DNA of 64,000 nucleotides from an uncultured Nitrososphaerales archaeon (GCA_963695855.1 CAVOHZ010000003.1:320001-384000), one strand, 5' to 3'; numbered from the stretch's first letter, positions 22,950 to 34,381 are shown. Notes: generated by a model from the letters alone, not told the origin. Numbers and translations: made by a program.

Positions 22950-24028
22950 CAATTATCCATTTGTTCTTATTTCGTCAGCCTTTAAGCCAAGAATGCGAAA
23001 AACATCAAAATTGCAAGCCGTAACGACGAAATGCCAGTCATAAACGGATAAGCGCCATATCCTCTATGCGTTAATGGATTCACCCATTCAAAAAGAAGAA
23101 TATCATAATTTGAATTAGTTTGAAAAAGTTTTCATATCATTTTTTCACATTCGTCTATTTGATTGAACCTCATTCTTGCCATCAGTTCGATACCAGTAAT
23201 CCAGGGCCAAAACGTGTGATTGTGATAATTGTAAGGTGTGTGAATACATGGACCCGTTTTTAACAAAGGTTTCTCCGTTATAGTGGGAAATCGATTCCAC
23301 ATCTTTCTTTTTACTGAGTTAAGCATTTTATTGCATTTTAACAAATTTTCATTACTGATTATATATAATTTATTAAATTCATTATCATCAGAGGTAACCA
23401 ATAAATTAGAATCCGTCAAAAAATTATCATTAATTAGTGCAAATAGATAAAGAAGGGAATCTTGAGTTACCATATTTTCAACATAATAAGATTCATTATC
23501 ACGAATTTTATCTACGTAACATTCTTCTTTATCAGACCACAGTTGTTTCTCAATTGATGCAACAGAATTCCGTGCCATTCTGTCTAATTTTTTGGCATCT
23601 TCAAACTTCTCTAAGGAATATAGGAGGAGGGCAAAATTTTTCAAAGATAATATCCAACATGCTTGACTATATACGACTTTTCCATCTCTTAAAGCAGTAT
23701 CCATCCAATCTTCATTTGGATTTTGTTGCAATATACCATCATTATCAACATCTTTCGTGACAAGATAGTCTATTGCCTTAAATATTTTAGGGATCAATTC
23801 GGGTGTTAATTTACAAAATTCTGTCTTTAGATAACTCTCTTGGTGCATAGGTTTTAGATAAAAACTATAATCACTTTTAATTGAATTGATATGTTTATAA
23901 ATGTGGCAAAGAATCCATGAAGTCGTATAAATCATTAGTGCAGTAGAATCTATATCAGGTTCAATTGCATATATTTCTGAAAATGAAGAGAATATAGTAG
24001 TAGGTAAGGTGGCAACTTTGTCATGCAT
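22950..24028 (-). pseudogene. Amylo-alpha-1,6-glucosidase-like (alpha/alpha)6 glycoside hydrolase, frameshifted and N-terminally short
   Basis: DIDST, DVDNDG, EDWMD, YHNHTFWPW; C-terminus FEWVNP...GAYPF continues in another frame past 23132; end coordinate approximate. Confidence 0.65.
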
Positions 24029-24275
24029 TTAATTTTCTATCTTAAATTTTTATTGTGTTCAACATTCACATAACAGATTTATTTTAAATGTAGAGTATGA
24101 TACCGAATTTACATGAAATAAGGGATCATGCTATACCTCTCTATTCAAGATTTTCCTTTTTTTTATAATTATTCCATTAATAGTTACTAACGATCAGTAT
24201 GGCATTAATTATTTGTCCTTATTGAACCTTGTATAGACAGTTAATTAATTTGATGAGGATATTATAATTAGAGAG

Positions 24276-24404
24276 ATGAAAGAAGTAAAAACATATTATG
24301 AATGTAAAATGTGTCAGAATTTCTTCGATTGTCTTGCAGATTTGCAAAGACATATGTTGTTAAATCATCTTCTAAAAATAGACTCGAAGAAAAAACTATT
24401 TTAA
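24276..24404 (+). CDS. Unannotated 42-aa C2H2 zinc-finger micro-protein
   Basis: Hand translation MKEVKTYYECKMCQNFFDCLADLQRHMLLNHLLKIDSKKKLF*. Confidence 0.7.
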   Translation: MKEVKTYYECKMCQNFFDCLADLQRHMLLNHLLKIDSKKKLF

Positions 24405-24468
24405 TGAATTTTTTTATAAGTAAATTATTTGCTATAATTAATTTATACTTTAATATACATATATAATT

Positions 24469-24999
24469 ATGAAAAAAATTGCAAGTTTAGGCACATCTTT
24501 CCTAATCTTAATGTTAGGGATTGTAACTGTTGGAATAAATACAGTTATAGCTCAGGCACAAAACGGAACCAATGCAGATTCTAGTCCGTACATCATAGGC
24601 GAACCAGGAATAGGCAGCGTAGAGGAGTTGAATAAGGTGTTGGGAAATAACACTGAAATGTTGACAAACGGAAGCAGTCTTAAAAGTGACAATACATCTA
24701 TTTTCCAGCAATTAGGTCAAGAATCAGCTGTAAGTGGCAATCAGTCAGCTGTAAGTGGCAATCAGTCAGCTGTAAGTGGCAATCAGTCAGCTGTAAGTGG
24801 CAATCAGTCAGCTGTAAGTGGCAATCAGTCAGCTGTAAGTGGCAATCAGTCAGCTGTAAGTGGCAATCAGTCAGCTGTAAGTGGCAATCAGTCAGCTGTA
24901 AGTGGCAATCAGTCAAGCAATGAAGAAGAAAACAAGGGAAATCAAACTAGTAATCCAATAGCAAAAATAGGGAAAGCAATAGGTGACCTATTTAAATAA
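24469..24999 (+). CDS. Secreted protein with (SAVSGNQ)9 repeat
   Basis: Signal peptide; heptapeptide tandem repeat. Confidence 0.85.
   Translation: MKKIASLGTSFLILMLGIVTVGINTVIAQAQNGTNADSSPYIIGEPGIGSVEELNKVLGNNTEMLTNGSSLKSDNTSIFQQLGQESAVSGNQSAVSGNQSAVSGNQSAVSGNQSAVSGNQSAVSGNQSAVSGNQSAVSGNQSAVSGNQSSNEEENKGNQTSNPIAKIGKAIGDLFK
24724..24912 (+). repeat. Perfect 21-bp coding tandem repeat, 9 copies
   Basis: TCAGCTGTAAGTGGCAATCAG x9. Confidence 0.95.
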
Positions 25000-25718
25000 T
25001 TTATTTATTTTTATTAGTTGTAATTGCGTTACTTGGTGATATAGATTATAATTCAGTTAGAAACAGCGCAGATACGTTTAAGTCTGCTAGAGAGTATATA
25101 AAATATAGAATTGCTAACTATTATAGTTCGAATATGATGTAATTTAATTGACAGAAAAGAATGCAATTCAAACATGTAACTGATATCTATGTTGGATATA
25201 ATATCTCCAATAGTCCATGTTACAAGGTTAGTAACACGTATCTGAAGTATAGAGCTCTCGCTCAACATTATTAATGAAAAAAGACACAAGATGTAAGAGG
25301 GAAATGTAAGAAATTAGGACAGGATGTTCTGAAGTTGTTAACAATTAAAAGACCTAATTTCATTGAAAAAATTGAAAAATAGCCAAATGGTACAGATATC
25401 TATTCTAATTTAGGTTACTTTTAGAATTCTACTTAAAATAACTAATTTATAAACTTTGAAGATGACTAACTGTTGAAGAGAAATATCAAGTTATTGATCT
25501 AAAATAAAAAGAATTGTATATTTATTAACTGTAATTATGGCTCTATTAAAGATAATAGTTGTTATGACATAACATTCTGTCAGTCATGAATTAATCACCT
25601 TGTTTGCTGAAAGAGAGTGGAAGACTAATCAAAAATTAATTTGAAAATACCTTTGCTAAAAATATATATTAAAAATATTCAAAGTTACAAAAAATTGATG
25701 TTTTTTAAAAAAAAGAAA

Positions 25719-25865
25719 TTATTGAACTCCGCCTGGTCCTTGTTCTTTTTTGTGTTCTAATTTGATATGCTGTTCCTTCTCTTGGGGAGTTATAAATACC
25801 ATGTTACAGGAATCGCATTTCAATGGATTGTTATTAGAGTTTTGTTGTGGACTATAGTCGCCCAT
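25719..25865 (-). CDS. Unannotated 48-aa C2H2 zinc-finger micro-protein
   Basis: Hand translation MGDYSPQQNSNNNPLKCDSCNMVFITPQEKEQHIKLEHKKEQGPGGVQ*. Confidence 0.75.
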   Translation of the reverse strand: MGDYSPQQNSNNNPLKCDSCNMVFITPQEKEQHIKLEHKKEQGPGGVQ

Positions 25866-25983
25866 ATAATATATTAGCACGATATCGAATAAATTAATTA
25901 TAGTATCTAACCCAGGTGGACATTCTCCAAATTATCTAGAATTAAATACAATTACTAAATATCATTTTATCCCTATAATAATA

Positions 25984-26697
25984 TTGAAAGGAATTATTTT
26001 TGATCTTGATGGAGTTCTAGTAGATTCAATGCCATTTCATTATCGAGCCTGGAAAAAAGCATTTGAAGAAATAGCGTCTATTGATGTTGATGAAAAACTG
26101 ATTTATTCTTTAGAAGGTATGCCTGGAAAGCAATTGATTAAAAAAGTATTTCAATTAAAAGAATTTACGGATAATTCAAAGATTGAACAAATTAATAACA
26201 AGAAAAAAGAATTATTTCTGAGGGATTTAAATTTTAAATGCTTTCGTTCAGTTAAAACAATGATCAATAATCTTCATTGTACGAAGGGTTTGGTCACTGG
26301 TTCTACAAAAAAGGAAACAGATTTGATACTAAAAAGAATTTTAACGAATTGTAAATTTGAACAAATAATAACAGGAGATAATGTTAAGAAAGGTAAACCC
26401 GACCCACAAGCATTTAATCTCTTCTTGAGCAAAACTGGCTTAAGACCAGAAGAAGTTATGGTTGTAGAAAATTCTCCGCTAGGAGTACAAGCTGCAAGGA
26501 ATTCAAAAATGAGATGTGTTTTAACATTAAATAATAGTCCGCTAGATTCATCTGAATTCAAAAATTTAATTAATCAAGAAAATATTTTTAAAAACACACA
26601 CTCCGTTTATAATTATTTAAGAAGTTGGTGTAATAATGAAAATAGTAAACAAATATCTCATATTAAAGCTAAATCTAGCCCACTCTTTGGCCAATAA
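25984..26697 (+). CDS. HAD-superfamily phosphatase (beta-PGM-like)
   Basis: FDLDGVLVDS, VTGS, GKPDP, VENSPLG. Confidence 0.92.
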   Translation: MKGIIFDLDGVLVDSMPFHYRAWKKAFEEIASIDVDEKLIYSLEGMPGKQLIKKVFQLKEFTDNSKIEQINNKKKELFLRDLNFKCFRSVKTMINNLHCTKGLVTGSTKKETDLILKRILTNCKFEQIITGDNVKKGKPDPQAFNLFLSKTGLRPEEVMVVENSPLGVQAARNSKMRCVLTLNNSPLDSSEFKNLINQENIFKNTHSVYNYLRSWCNNENSKQISHIKAKSSPLFGQ

Positions 26698-27082
26698 ATA
26701 ACAATATTATATAGACAATATAACCCTAAATTTGGACAAAATTATGAAATTAAGTTCAGAATTCAGGAATTATATTATTTAGAAAGTATTGTATTTAGTT
26801 TTTTGTAAACTAAAAAAGTTATATTCCATTTGTAATCTTATATGAAACTATTATTATCCCTAGGAAAGGTTTTAGTGAAATTATACTCATAATTCAAACC
26901 CTAATCCATCAAATTTGTTGTATTAAATCAGATAGGATAAATTCAATATTCAAAAAATAAAGAAATTTAGAATTAATAATATGATCATGTTATCTATTGA
27001 TAGGCTCAAAATTTCTTTTGGTTACCTGGTTCTTATTAGAAATCTATTTGCAAAAATACTAAAATGAACTTATTTTATACCA

Positions 27083-27472
27083 TTATTCCTTGTAATTAAG
27101 TATGGCACTGCCACGGATTTGATAAACTAATGCGCCTACCAAAACTGAAATACTTACAATAGTAACTACGAAAAAGACATTGGCTACTTGAACCACCTGT
27201 TCTCCAACAACTGCCACAAGTATGGCATAAACCACTACGATAAATCCAATTAAAGAGAATAACCCTAAGATTATAAGTCTCAAATTGCTTGTCCCTTTTA
27301 AATACCCTTTATCAAATTCATCACTTTCCAATTTTTCCTGTAAACTATTTACCTTTTTAAAAAACCCTCCTTCCTTTGATTCCGATTTTTTTTGATTATT
27401 TTCTGCTATTGTTTCTTTCTTATTTTGTTCACTTATGGAAGGAATATTTGCAGAAATGGATTCTTTTTCCAT
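27083..27472 (-). CDS. Membrane protein with two C-terminal TM helices
   Basis: Charged N-terminus plus two hydrophobic segments. Confidence 0.75.
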   Translation of the reverse strand: MEKESISANIPSISEQNKKETIAENNQKKSESKEGGFFKKVNSLQEKLESDEFDKGYLKGTSNLRLIILGLFSLIGFIVVVYAILVAVVGEQVVQVANVFFVVTIVSISVLVGALVYQIRGSAILNYKE

Positions 27473-28065
27473 AAGAAAAATAGTACAACATTCTATATAT
27501 ATAGAATTACCGATTAATGTGAAGTACTTGAAACCATCTTTATGTGAATTACTTTATGGCAGATGAAATAATCGTATTTGAAAATTTAACTCTTGGTTAT
27601 ATGTTAGAATAATTGAAAGTCATAATTAGGCAGATATAAATTTAGTAATATCAGTATATTGCCTTACGATTTTACTGCTATGCTAAATTTGCATGTTAAT
27701 GTGGTAAAGGTTAACATGCATCAGAGGATAAACCCAAACTGATTAGGTATCTTTACTAATAAGATGATCTACCTCGAATTCTTCTATATTTTTCTCCGAT
27801 TTATTGTAATCTTTGACGGAATTAACATAATCTAGTGCTTTTTTTTCTGTTGAAAAAATTCCGTCAATAGTTATCCTATCAGATTCGTTCCATATTACCC
27901 ATACCTTCATAAAATATAATAAACATAATCGAATTTAAGCATATTTTTGTTTCATACTAAAGAAATATTATTACTATCATATGATATCAATGGTTTTGTA
28001 GAATATATCGGAGAATAATCACTTTATTTATAATTCTGTGAACATTATATTTTTAGGACTAAAGA

Positions 28066-28344
28066 CTAGTTCTCTGCTCTCCAGTGCACGACTTTGGATA
28101 TTATATGTTCTGCAAACAGTCTTTTTATAATACATAGAATATCCTTGTTAAAAAATTCGGCAAGATACTTGTTTCTCTCACTATTCTTTCCACTTCCGCT
28201 ACCATGAACAAAGATAACCAGATAATTGGAATGAGGAGGAATCGAGAAAACTCCTTTCAACATTTTATCTTTATTTTCATATGTATCATTAACAGAAATT
28301 GGAATTTTTACTTCATCTTCAATTACTTCACTAACTTCGTCCAA
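28066..28344 (-). pseudogene. Truncated alpha/beta hydrolase (dienelactone hydrolase-like)
   Basis: LVIFVHGSGS...RNKYLA, after which similarity is lost. Confidence 0.65.
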
Positions 28345-28810
28345 TTCACTATATGATGTTATCTTAGATAATCCTAAAAAACGTTTTGAAACAACTTAAA
28401 AGCCAGATCATGATATTAGAACAACAGAAAAACTATTGCAACCAACCAACAATTAATAGAAACACAAAATTCTACAACGTATAGCAAATATGGATATTAA
28501 TTGAATTTTAAGAATTATTCAAAACATATTTTTTAAAACTTGATAAATATTATAGATCTATTGCACAATTACACTAGATCTAATTCTCAAAGCGCAAACA
28601 GAACAATAGTTAAAAAACTTTCAACTATAAATTATCAATGTGTATCTTTCATATTTGTCATCTGAATATTGAATTATCAATTAATTTATTATAAACTAAT
28701 ATATTACCATTTTAATGTTAAAATCAATCCCTTTGGATTATATTCACCATAGGTGTATTCGCTTCAAGAATTGGTTGGTTAATAATTTTAAATTAAATTT
28801 TATCTATCAT

Positions 28811-28858
28811 AATAACTGGTCCCACTTTATCGAAGGGTTCAAATCCCACTGGCCCCAT
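28811..28858 (+). mobile_element. att-like site: conserved end sequence fused to a tRNA 3' fragment
   Basis: AATAACTGGTCCCACTTTATCGAA + GGGTTCAAATCCCACTGGCCCCA (T-loop and acceptor 3' strand). Confidence 0.75.
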
Positions 28859-29031
28859 TGAACTCTGGGTTCCAATCCTATCTTTACTAGAATTCATGAA
28901 GCAATAATAATAGAAATTAGTAATTAACCTTTACTTTTTGTAATCATTTAATTACAAATCAATTAATCTTACCTAGATTTTTTTAAATTAATAGATACAT
29001 TTATGATATTTGTAAAAGTCTGAAAGGTTCT

Positions 29032-29070
29032 GTGGGATTTGAACCCTTCGATAAAGTGGGACCAGTTATT
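29032..29070 (-). repeat. Perfect 39-bp inverted copy of 28811-28849
   Basis: GTGGGATTTGAACCCTTCGATAAAGTGGGACCAGTTATT is the exact reverse complement. Confidence 0.92.
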
Positions 29071-29071
29071 G

Positions 29072-29542
29072 TTAGATAGAAATTATCATCATAAATAATG
29101 TTACTAATGTCAGACCATAAATAAAATGACCTGATAAACTCAATATAGCTGCACCTTTCCCAAGAGGATGATTCAATGGATCTATTTTGGTAATTGGTTT
29201 ATGAATTGGAAATAGAGTAAGGATCCAAAGGAAAAAACCATATGATAATCCCAATGGCAATAAATGAATATCTTTTAAAGATGGAATAACCATCAAAGCA
29301 ATTAGTAGCCCAATTCCTCCTAGACTTCCATTTATAAAATGTAATAAAAATATTCCCCAAAAATGAATATTATCAGATTTAACTCTAAAAAACTTGCATG
29401 TTAGAACTTGGTTCTCGTGCCATTCTACTATGCCAGTTAATCCCCATCTTTTCCAAAATGGAATTTGTATAATTGTCATAACTCCAGTTGAAATAAGACC
29501 AGCAAAGAGGCTCACCAAAATTCCGTATAGATCAATTTCCAA
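29072..29542 (-). CDS. 4-TM membrane protein with two intramembrane His
   Basis: LLHFING and GHFIYG motifs; similar to the 33559 ORF. Confidence 0.8.
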   Translation of the reverse strand: MEIDLYGILVSLFAGLISTGVMTIIQIPFWKRWGLTGIVEWHENQVLTCKFFRVKSDNIHFWGIFLLHFINGSLGGIGLLIALMVIPSLKDIHLLPLGLSYGFFLWILTLFPIHKPITKIDPLNHPLGKGAAILSLSGHFIYGLTLVTLFMMIISI

Positions 29543-29796
29543 ATTTACCTTTCACGACTAGGATAATTTCTAATTAAACATTAGTGATTTGGGACATGTA
29601 TATTCCAACAGTTTTAGATTCAAAATTTCATTATTAAAAATTTTTCTGAAAAGGTTGAATCCAACACCTCTGTTCAATAGATTAATCAAGCAAACTCACG
29701 CCTGGGTTGCAAAATATACAGTACTAGATAAACGATTTTATTCTCGGACAGTAGCATCGAGCTCATAGTTATAATCTATTATTAGATATTAATTTA

Positions 29797-31392
29797 TTAG
29801 ATATAATACAATTCCCTTGTCAATATAATCTCTTTTTTGTGTTCCACAATTGGTTTGGGATAGCCTCCTACTGATTTAGTAGATTTGTCAATTGCGGAAT
29901 TAACTTTATCCCAATGATGTATTATAGTTTTAGAAACCTCTTTAAGTTCAGGAATCCATTTTTTTATATAAATACAATCGGGATCAAACTTTTTCTGTTG
30001 TAACCAGGGATTAAAAATTCTGAAATAAGGTTGAGCATCACAGCCAGTAGATGATACCCATTGCCAATTACCATTATTAATTGAGGGGTCATAATCAACA
30101 AGTTTTAACGCAAAATATCTTTCTCCATATCTCCAATCAATATGTAAATCCTTTACCAAAAAAGACGCAGCTATTAATCTCAGTCTATTATGCATAAAAC
30201 CTGTTTCATTTAGTTCTCTCATTCCTGCATCAACAATTGGAAAACCTGTTTTTCCGTTGTACCATGCCTCAAATTTCGTTGGGTCATTTTTCCATTCTAT
30301 GATGTTATTTCTATATCTTTCGTGAAAAGAAGTATGAAAGACAAAAGGAAAATGAAATCCTATATATGAAAAAAAATCTCTCCAATATAATTGCTTTAGC
30401 AAAGGATGATTATAACCTAATTCCTTCTGTATTGCAAAATATACTTCCCTAATGGAACATATCCCAAACTTAAGGTAAGCAGAAAAATGAGTTGATAGAT
30501 TGTCTAATGAATATTTTTCGTTTTCTCCCTTATCTTTTTTAAATTTATACATTAATTCAGATATTAAATCTTGATATCTTTTTCTTGTTCCCACCAGAGT
30601 TGATATTGTTAAGTCAGGATTATTTTTAGGAGCTTCTTCAGATATAATTTGCGAAAAAAATTTCTCAAGATTGTCAATTTGTTTTAAATCATTAAAACTT
30701 GTTAGTTTTTTGCTATTGAAACTCATGAATTTATTCTTGTATTTAACTATATCAAAGGAATTTTCCCTTCTTATTGGTCTCTCAATTGCTTTGTTATAAT
30801 ATTGAGAAAATACTTTAAATGGTCTATTATTTGAATTTAGTATTTCTTCTGGTTGATTAATCAGAATATCTGGACATTCAATAAATTCAATATCATGGGT
30901 TTTGCAAATTTCCTTGATCAATATATCTCTTCTTATGCTATATGGAGTATAGTCTCTATTAACAAAAATAGCTTCAACTTCCTTATCTCCTTGTATTATC
31001 GTCTTTATTACTGACCCTGGATCTCCAGCTAGAACAATTAGTTTAGAAGATATACTAATATTGTTTTTTCTTCTCTTTAATTGATTCTTTTCCATAGAAA
31101 ACTGATAAAATTGGTTTTGAAGATCTAACAATGATTCTTTTAGGAATCTTTGTAAATGAATTCTCCTCTGTTTTCGTTTTAAAAGCAGATTAGGAGCTAT
31201 TGGTAAAGAAAACGAAGAATACAATAATTTTGATGATGTTAATAAATTACTATCTAAAATGAAGAGGCAATAAACTAAACTTGAAAAATGTACTGCATCG
31301 AGCAATGCTGTATTATTTTCTAATCGTAAATCTCTTCTAAAAATAAAAATACTTTTCTTATATTTTTGTCTCATTCTGCTTTCTTGATTCAT
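29797..31392 (-). CDS. phr: Deoxyribodipyrimidine (CPD) photolyase / cryptochrome family
   Basis: FRRDLRL, WRDFF, GFPIVDAGMREL, MHNRLR, DWRYGE, NNGNWQW, RIFNP. Confidence 0.95.
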   Translation of the reverse strand: MNQESRMRQKYKKSIFIFRRDLRLENNTALLDAVHFSSLVYCLFILDSNLLTSSKLLYSSFSLPIAPNLLLKRKQRRIHLQRFLKESLLDLQNQFYQFSMEKNQLKRRKNNISISSKLIVLAGDPGSVIKTIIQGDKEVEAIFVNRDYTPYSIRRDILIKEICKTHDIEFIECPDILINQPEEILNSNNRPFKVFSQYYNKAIERPIRRENSFDIVKYKNKFMSFNSKKLTSFNDLKQIDNLEKFFSQIISEEAPKNNPDLTISTLVGTRKRYQDLISELMYKFKKDKGENEKYSLDNLSTHFSAYLKFGICSIREVYFAIQKELGYNHPLLKQLYWRDFFSYIGFHFPFVFHTSFHERYRNNIIEWKNDPTKFEAWYNGKTGFPIVDAGMRELNETGFMHNRLRLIAASFLVKDLHIDWRYGERYFALKLVDYDPSINNGNWQWVSSTGCDAQPYFRIFNPWLQQKKFDPDCIYIKKWIPELKEVSKTIIHHWDKVNSAIDKSTKSVGGYPKPIVEHKKEIILTRELYYI

Positions 31393-31668
31393 ATCAAAAA
31401 TTATATTTTATTTATAGTAATAATAAATTCATGAAATAATTTGTTCTAGTGCCCAACCTTTCATCTTTGAATTTAATAGATACAGCTACTATTTTCCACA
31501 TACATAACCAGTCATACAAAATAGGAAAAAATTAGTATCTAAATTTCAAAAACAAGAAACATCATATTTAAAATGAGTCAAAAAAATATGAGTAATAGTG
31601 CCTAATTTAGCAATTAGGTCAATAATTGAAATAAGTTATATTCTATGTTTTATTTATAGTGAATAAAA

Positions 31669-33169
31669 ATAGCTAACGAAAATTCTTCAAATATATTTGT
31701 AAAACGTTCTTTAATACCATATAACGTAAATACTGTTTTTGATTTTCATACGCGAAACGGTGCCTTAGAAAGACTTGTCCCTCCTTGGAGTGGATTGGAT
31801 ATAGTTGACCAAAAAGGAGGGATTAATAATGATGCTATTTCTATTTTTCGGCTTAATTTAGGTCCAATAACTTTCAAATGGGGTTGCTAAACATTTTGGT
31901 TACATTCACAATAGGCAATTTCAAGATAAAATGATAAAAGGTCCATTCAAAAAATGGATTCATACTCATTCTTTTATACCTCAACGGTCCAATCAATGTA
32001 TTTTAGAAGACAAAGTAGATTATGCTGCGAAATTTGGAAAAATAGAATCTAAAATAATACAAAAAAGAATCCAGAATTACCTGGATCAGTTATTTCTTTA
32101 TCGTTCTCGTATTTTAATTAGTGATCTCTATCTTGAAAAAATGGTATCGGAAAAGGGGAAAAGTATTCTTATTACAGGATCTCATGGCTTAATAGGATCT
32201 GCACTTATTCCGTTATTAACGAATATAGGTGATCATAAGATTACTCGTCTTGTAAGAAGTACAATTAATAAAAGTAATCATTCTACTTCAAATGAAGCTA
32301 ATGAAAAAATAATATACTGGGATCCTAAACATAAACAACTAAATCATCATGACCTTGAGGGGTTTGACATAGTCATTCATTTGGCAGGTGAAAATATTTT
32401 TGGAAGGTGGACAAATACAAAAAAACAAAAAATATTTGATAGTCGTGTTGAGGGTACGAAACTTTTTGTTGAGGGTACGAAACTTTTGTCTGAATCTTTA
32501 ACTAAACTATCAAATCCTCCATCATTATTAATATGTGCGTCAGCAATTGGATATTATGGAGATAAGCCCAACGAATATCTTACAGAGGATAACAATCCGG
32601 GACAAGGATTTCTATCTGAGGTATGTCAAAAATGGGAAAATGCAACACTAGATGCATCTAAGGTAGGAATAAGAGTAGTAGATACACGTTTTGGTATCGT
32701 ATTAAGTCCAAAAGGAGGAATTTTAAAAAAATAACTCACATCTTTCAAATTAGGTCTTGGCATATCAATTGGATATAAACATCAGTATATGAGCTGGGTC
32801 TCAATAGAGGACGTTATAAAAATTATTTTTTATTCTATAATAAACCCATCAATCCAAGGAGCTGTTAACGTAGTATCACCAAATCCAGCTACAAATCTGG
32901 AGTTTTCCAATATGCTCAAAAAATTATATAATACAAAGTTGTTAATATCAATCAATCAAAATATAACCGAACTCATTTTTGGACAAATGTCTGATGAATT
33001 ACTATCTACAATAGCTATGTCATTCCCAAAAAAGTTAGTTTCAACTGGATACAAGTTTTTTAATCCAGATTTGGAGGACACACTCAGATTCCTACTTGGA
33101 AAAATGAAATTAAATAATAATAATAGTCTTCAGAGATCAAATATGAAAAATCAAAACATGTCAAAATAA
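31669..33169 (+). pseudogene. SRPBCC domain fused to TIGR01777-like NAD-dependent epimerase, frameshifted
   Basis: VFDFH...ALERLVPPW upstream of 31931 in another frame; GPFKKWIHTH; ITGSHGLIG; HLAGENI; MSWVSIED; frameshifts near 31880 and 32730; start approximate. Confidence 0.8.
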
Positions 33170-33498
33170 AAAAAACAAATATTAGGATAAATTATAATCT
33201 CGCTCAAATTGGTAAAACAAATGAATTAAGTCATGTAAGAATATAAGAATATCTTTTAATCCGATAGAGAGTAATTTCTCAGACCTATCTACAAATTTAG
33301 AAAAATAAGATTAGTTATGAATCAGTTTTTCTATTTCATTTCTTCATATTTATTAAATATAAATCATTATCCTAAATATTTTTTAATATCTTTTAAATTG
33401 TGTTGATGATGGTTTTAAACAAAAATAAACCTTAAAATATTTTGATTTTTGAGAAGTAAATCCATCTCCTGTATAACTATCAATAGTTAAATTATGCT

Positions 33499-33509
33499 AG
33501 TTGGCACTA
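33499..33509 (+). promoter_or_regulatory. Candidate operator AGTTGGCACTA
   Basis: Near match to the motif at 36757-36770 and 36919-36932; upstream of a TATA-like TTTTATAT element. Confidence 0.5.
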
Positions 33510-33558
33510 TGTTGTATATTACATCCATGTTTTTATATTATAAATCTGAATTCAGTTT

Positions 33559-34125
33559 ATGTTGAAACATGATCACAGCACGAGGAATATAATATTATAC
33601 TCTACGTTAGCAGGATTTATATCAGCTTGGGCAATTTCAGGATTATTAGTTATTGTTGATATTATATCACAAACACCAATAGGTACGTTCTTTGCAGTAA
33701 TAGGATCATCTCTTGGTTATTATGATACCTCTGTATCACAATATATTGGATTTGCACTACATATTGCAACAGGTACTGTAGCAGGTAATATTTTTGGTCA
33801 AATAGCTTTATTTTGGAACAAACTATTCCCATATAATTTCAAATTAGGAATAACTTATGGAGTAATAGTTAGTGTTTCTCTGTGGGCAATATTATTCCTA
33901 CCTCTAGCTACATTTGTAATTCAACCCAAACTCGATGCATTTGCACTATCTGCTCCAAATCAATATCTATTTATAATAGCTAACCACTTTCAAGGACTTT
34001 ATCCACTTGTCGCCATAGGATCTTTAGGATTTCACATAATATATGGAATTGTGTTGGGATTCATGATATGGAGAATGATCGATTTAAAAGTATTTGTACC
34101 AATCAACAGAGAACCAATACAATAA
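33559..34125 (+). CDS. 4-TM membrane protein with two intramembrane His
   Basis: ALHIATG and FHIIYG motifs. Confidence 0.82.
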   Translation: MLKHDHSTRNIILYSTLAGFISAWAISGLLVIVDIISQTPIGTFFAVIGSSLGYYDTSVSQYIGFALHIATGTVAGNIFGQIALFWNKLFPYNFKLGITYGVIVSVSLWAILFLPLATFVIQPKLDAFALSAPNQYLFIIANHFQGLYPLVAIGSLGFHIIYGIVLGFMIWRMIDLKVFVPINREPIQ

Positions 34126-34381
34126 TCTTTAAGATTTGGATACAGAAATATGAAAATCCTTGTTGCAACAAGCATGAAAACCCAGGAAACTACTTCACCA
34201 TTTTTTATATCTGTTATAATAAAAATGAAGATCGAAGATTTAACTAGTATCGTTGTGAGATGAAAATAAATATATAAATTATTTTATCACATTGAGGACT
34301 AATTAGAATGTTAAAAAACTATCGTTACTTTTTATAAAATGAAATTCTATTTTGAAAACAAACTATAAGTAAGAACTGTAT

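Noticed and set aside
24698-24916. Repeat array as CRISPR, or antisense ORF (LTDCHLQ)n as a gene
   Set aside because: No spacers and no cas genes; the repeat is in frame within a secreted protein on the plus strand
28800-28860. Intact tRNA gene
   Set aside because: Only the T-loop and acceptor 3' strand are present; upstream sequence lacks a 5' acceptor strand, D-arm and anticodon arm
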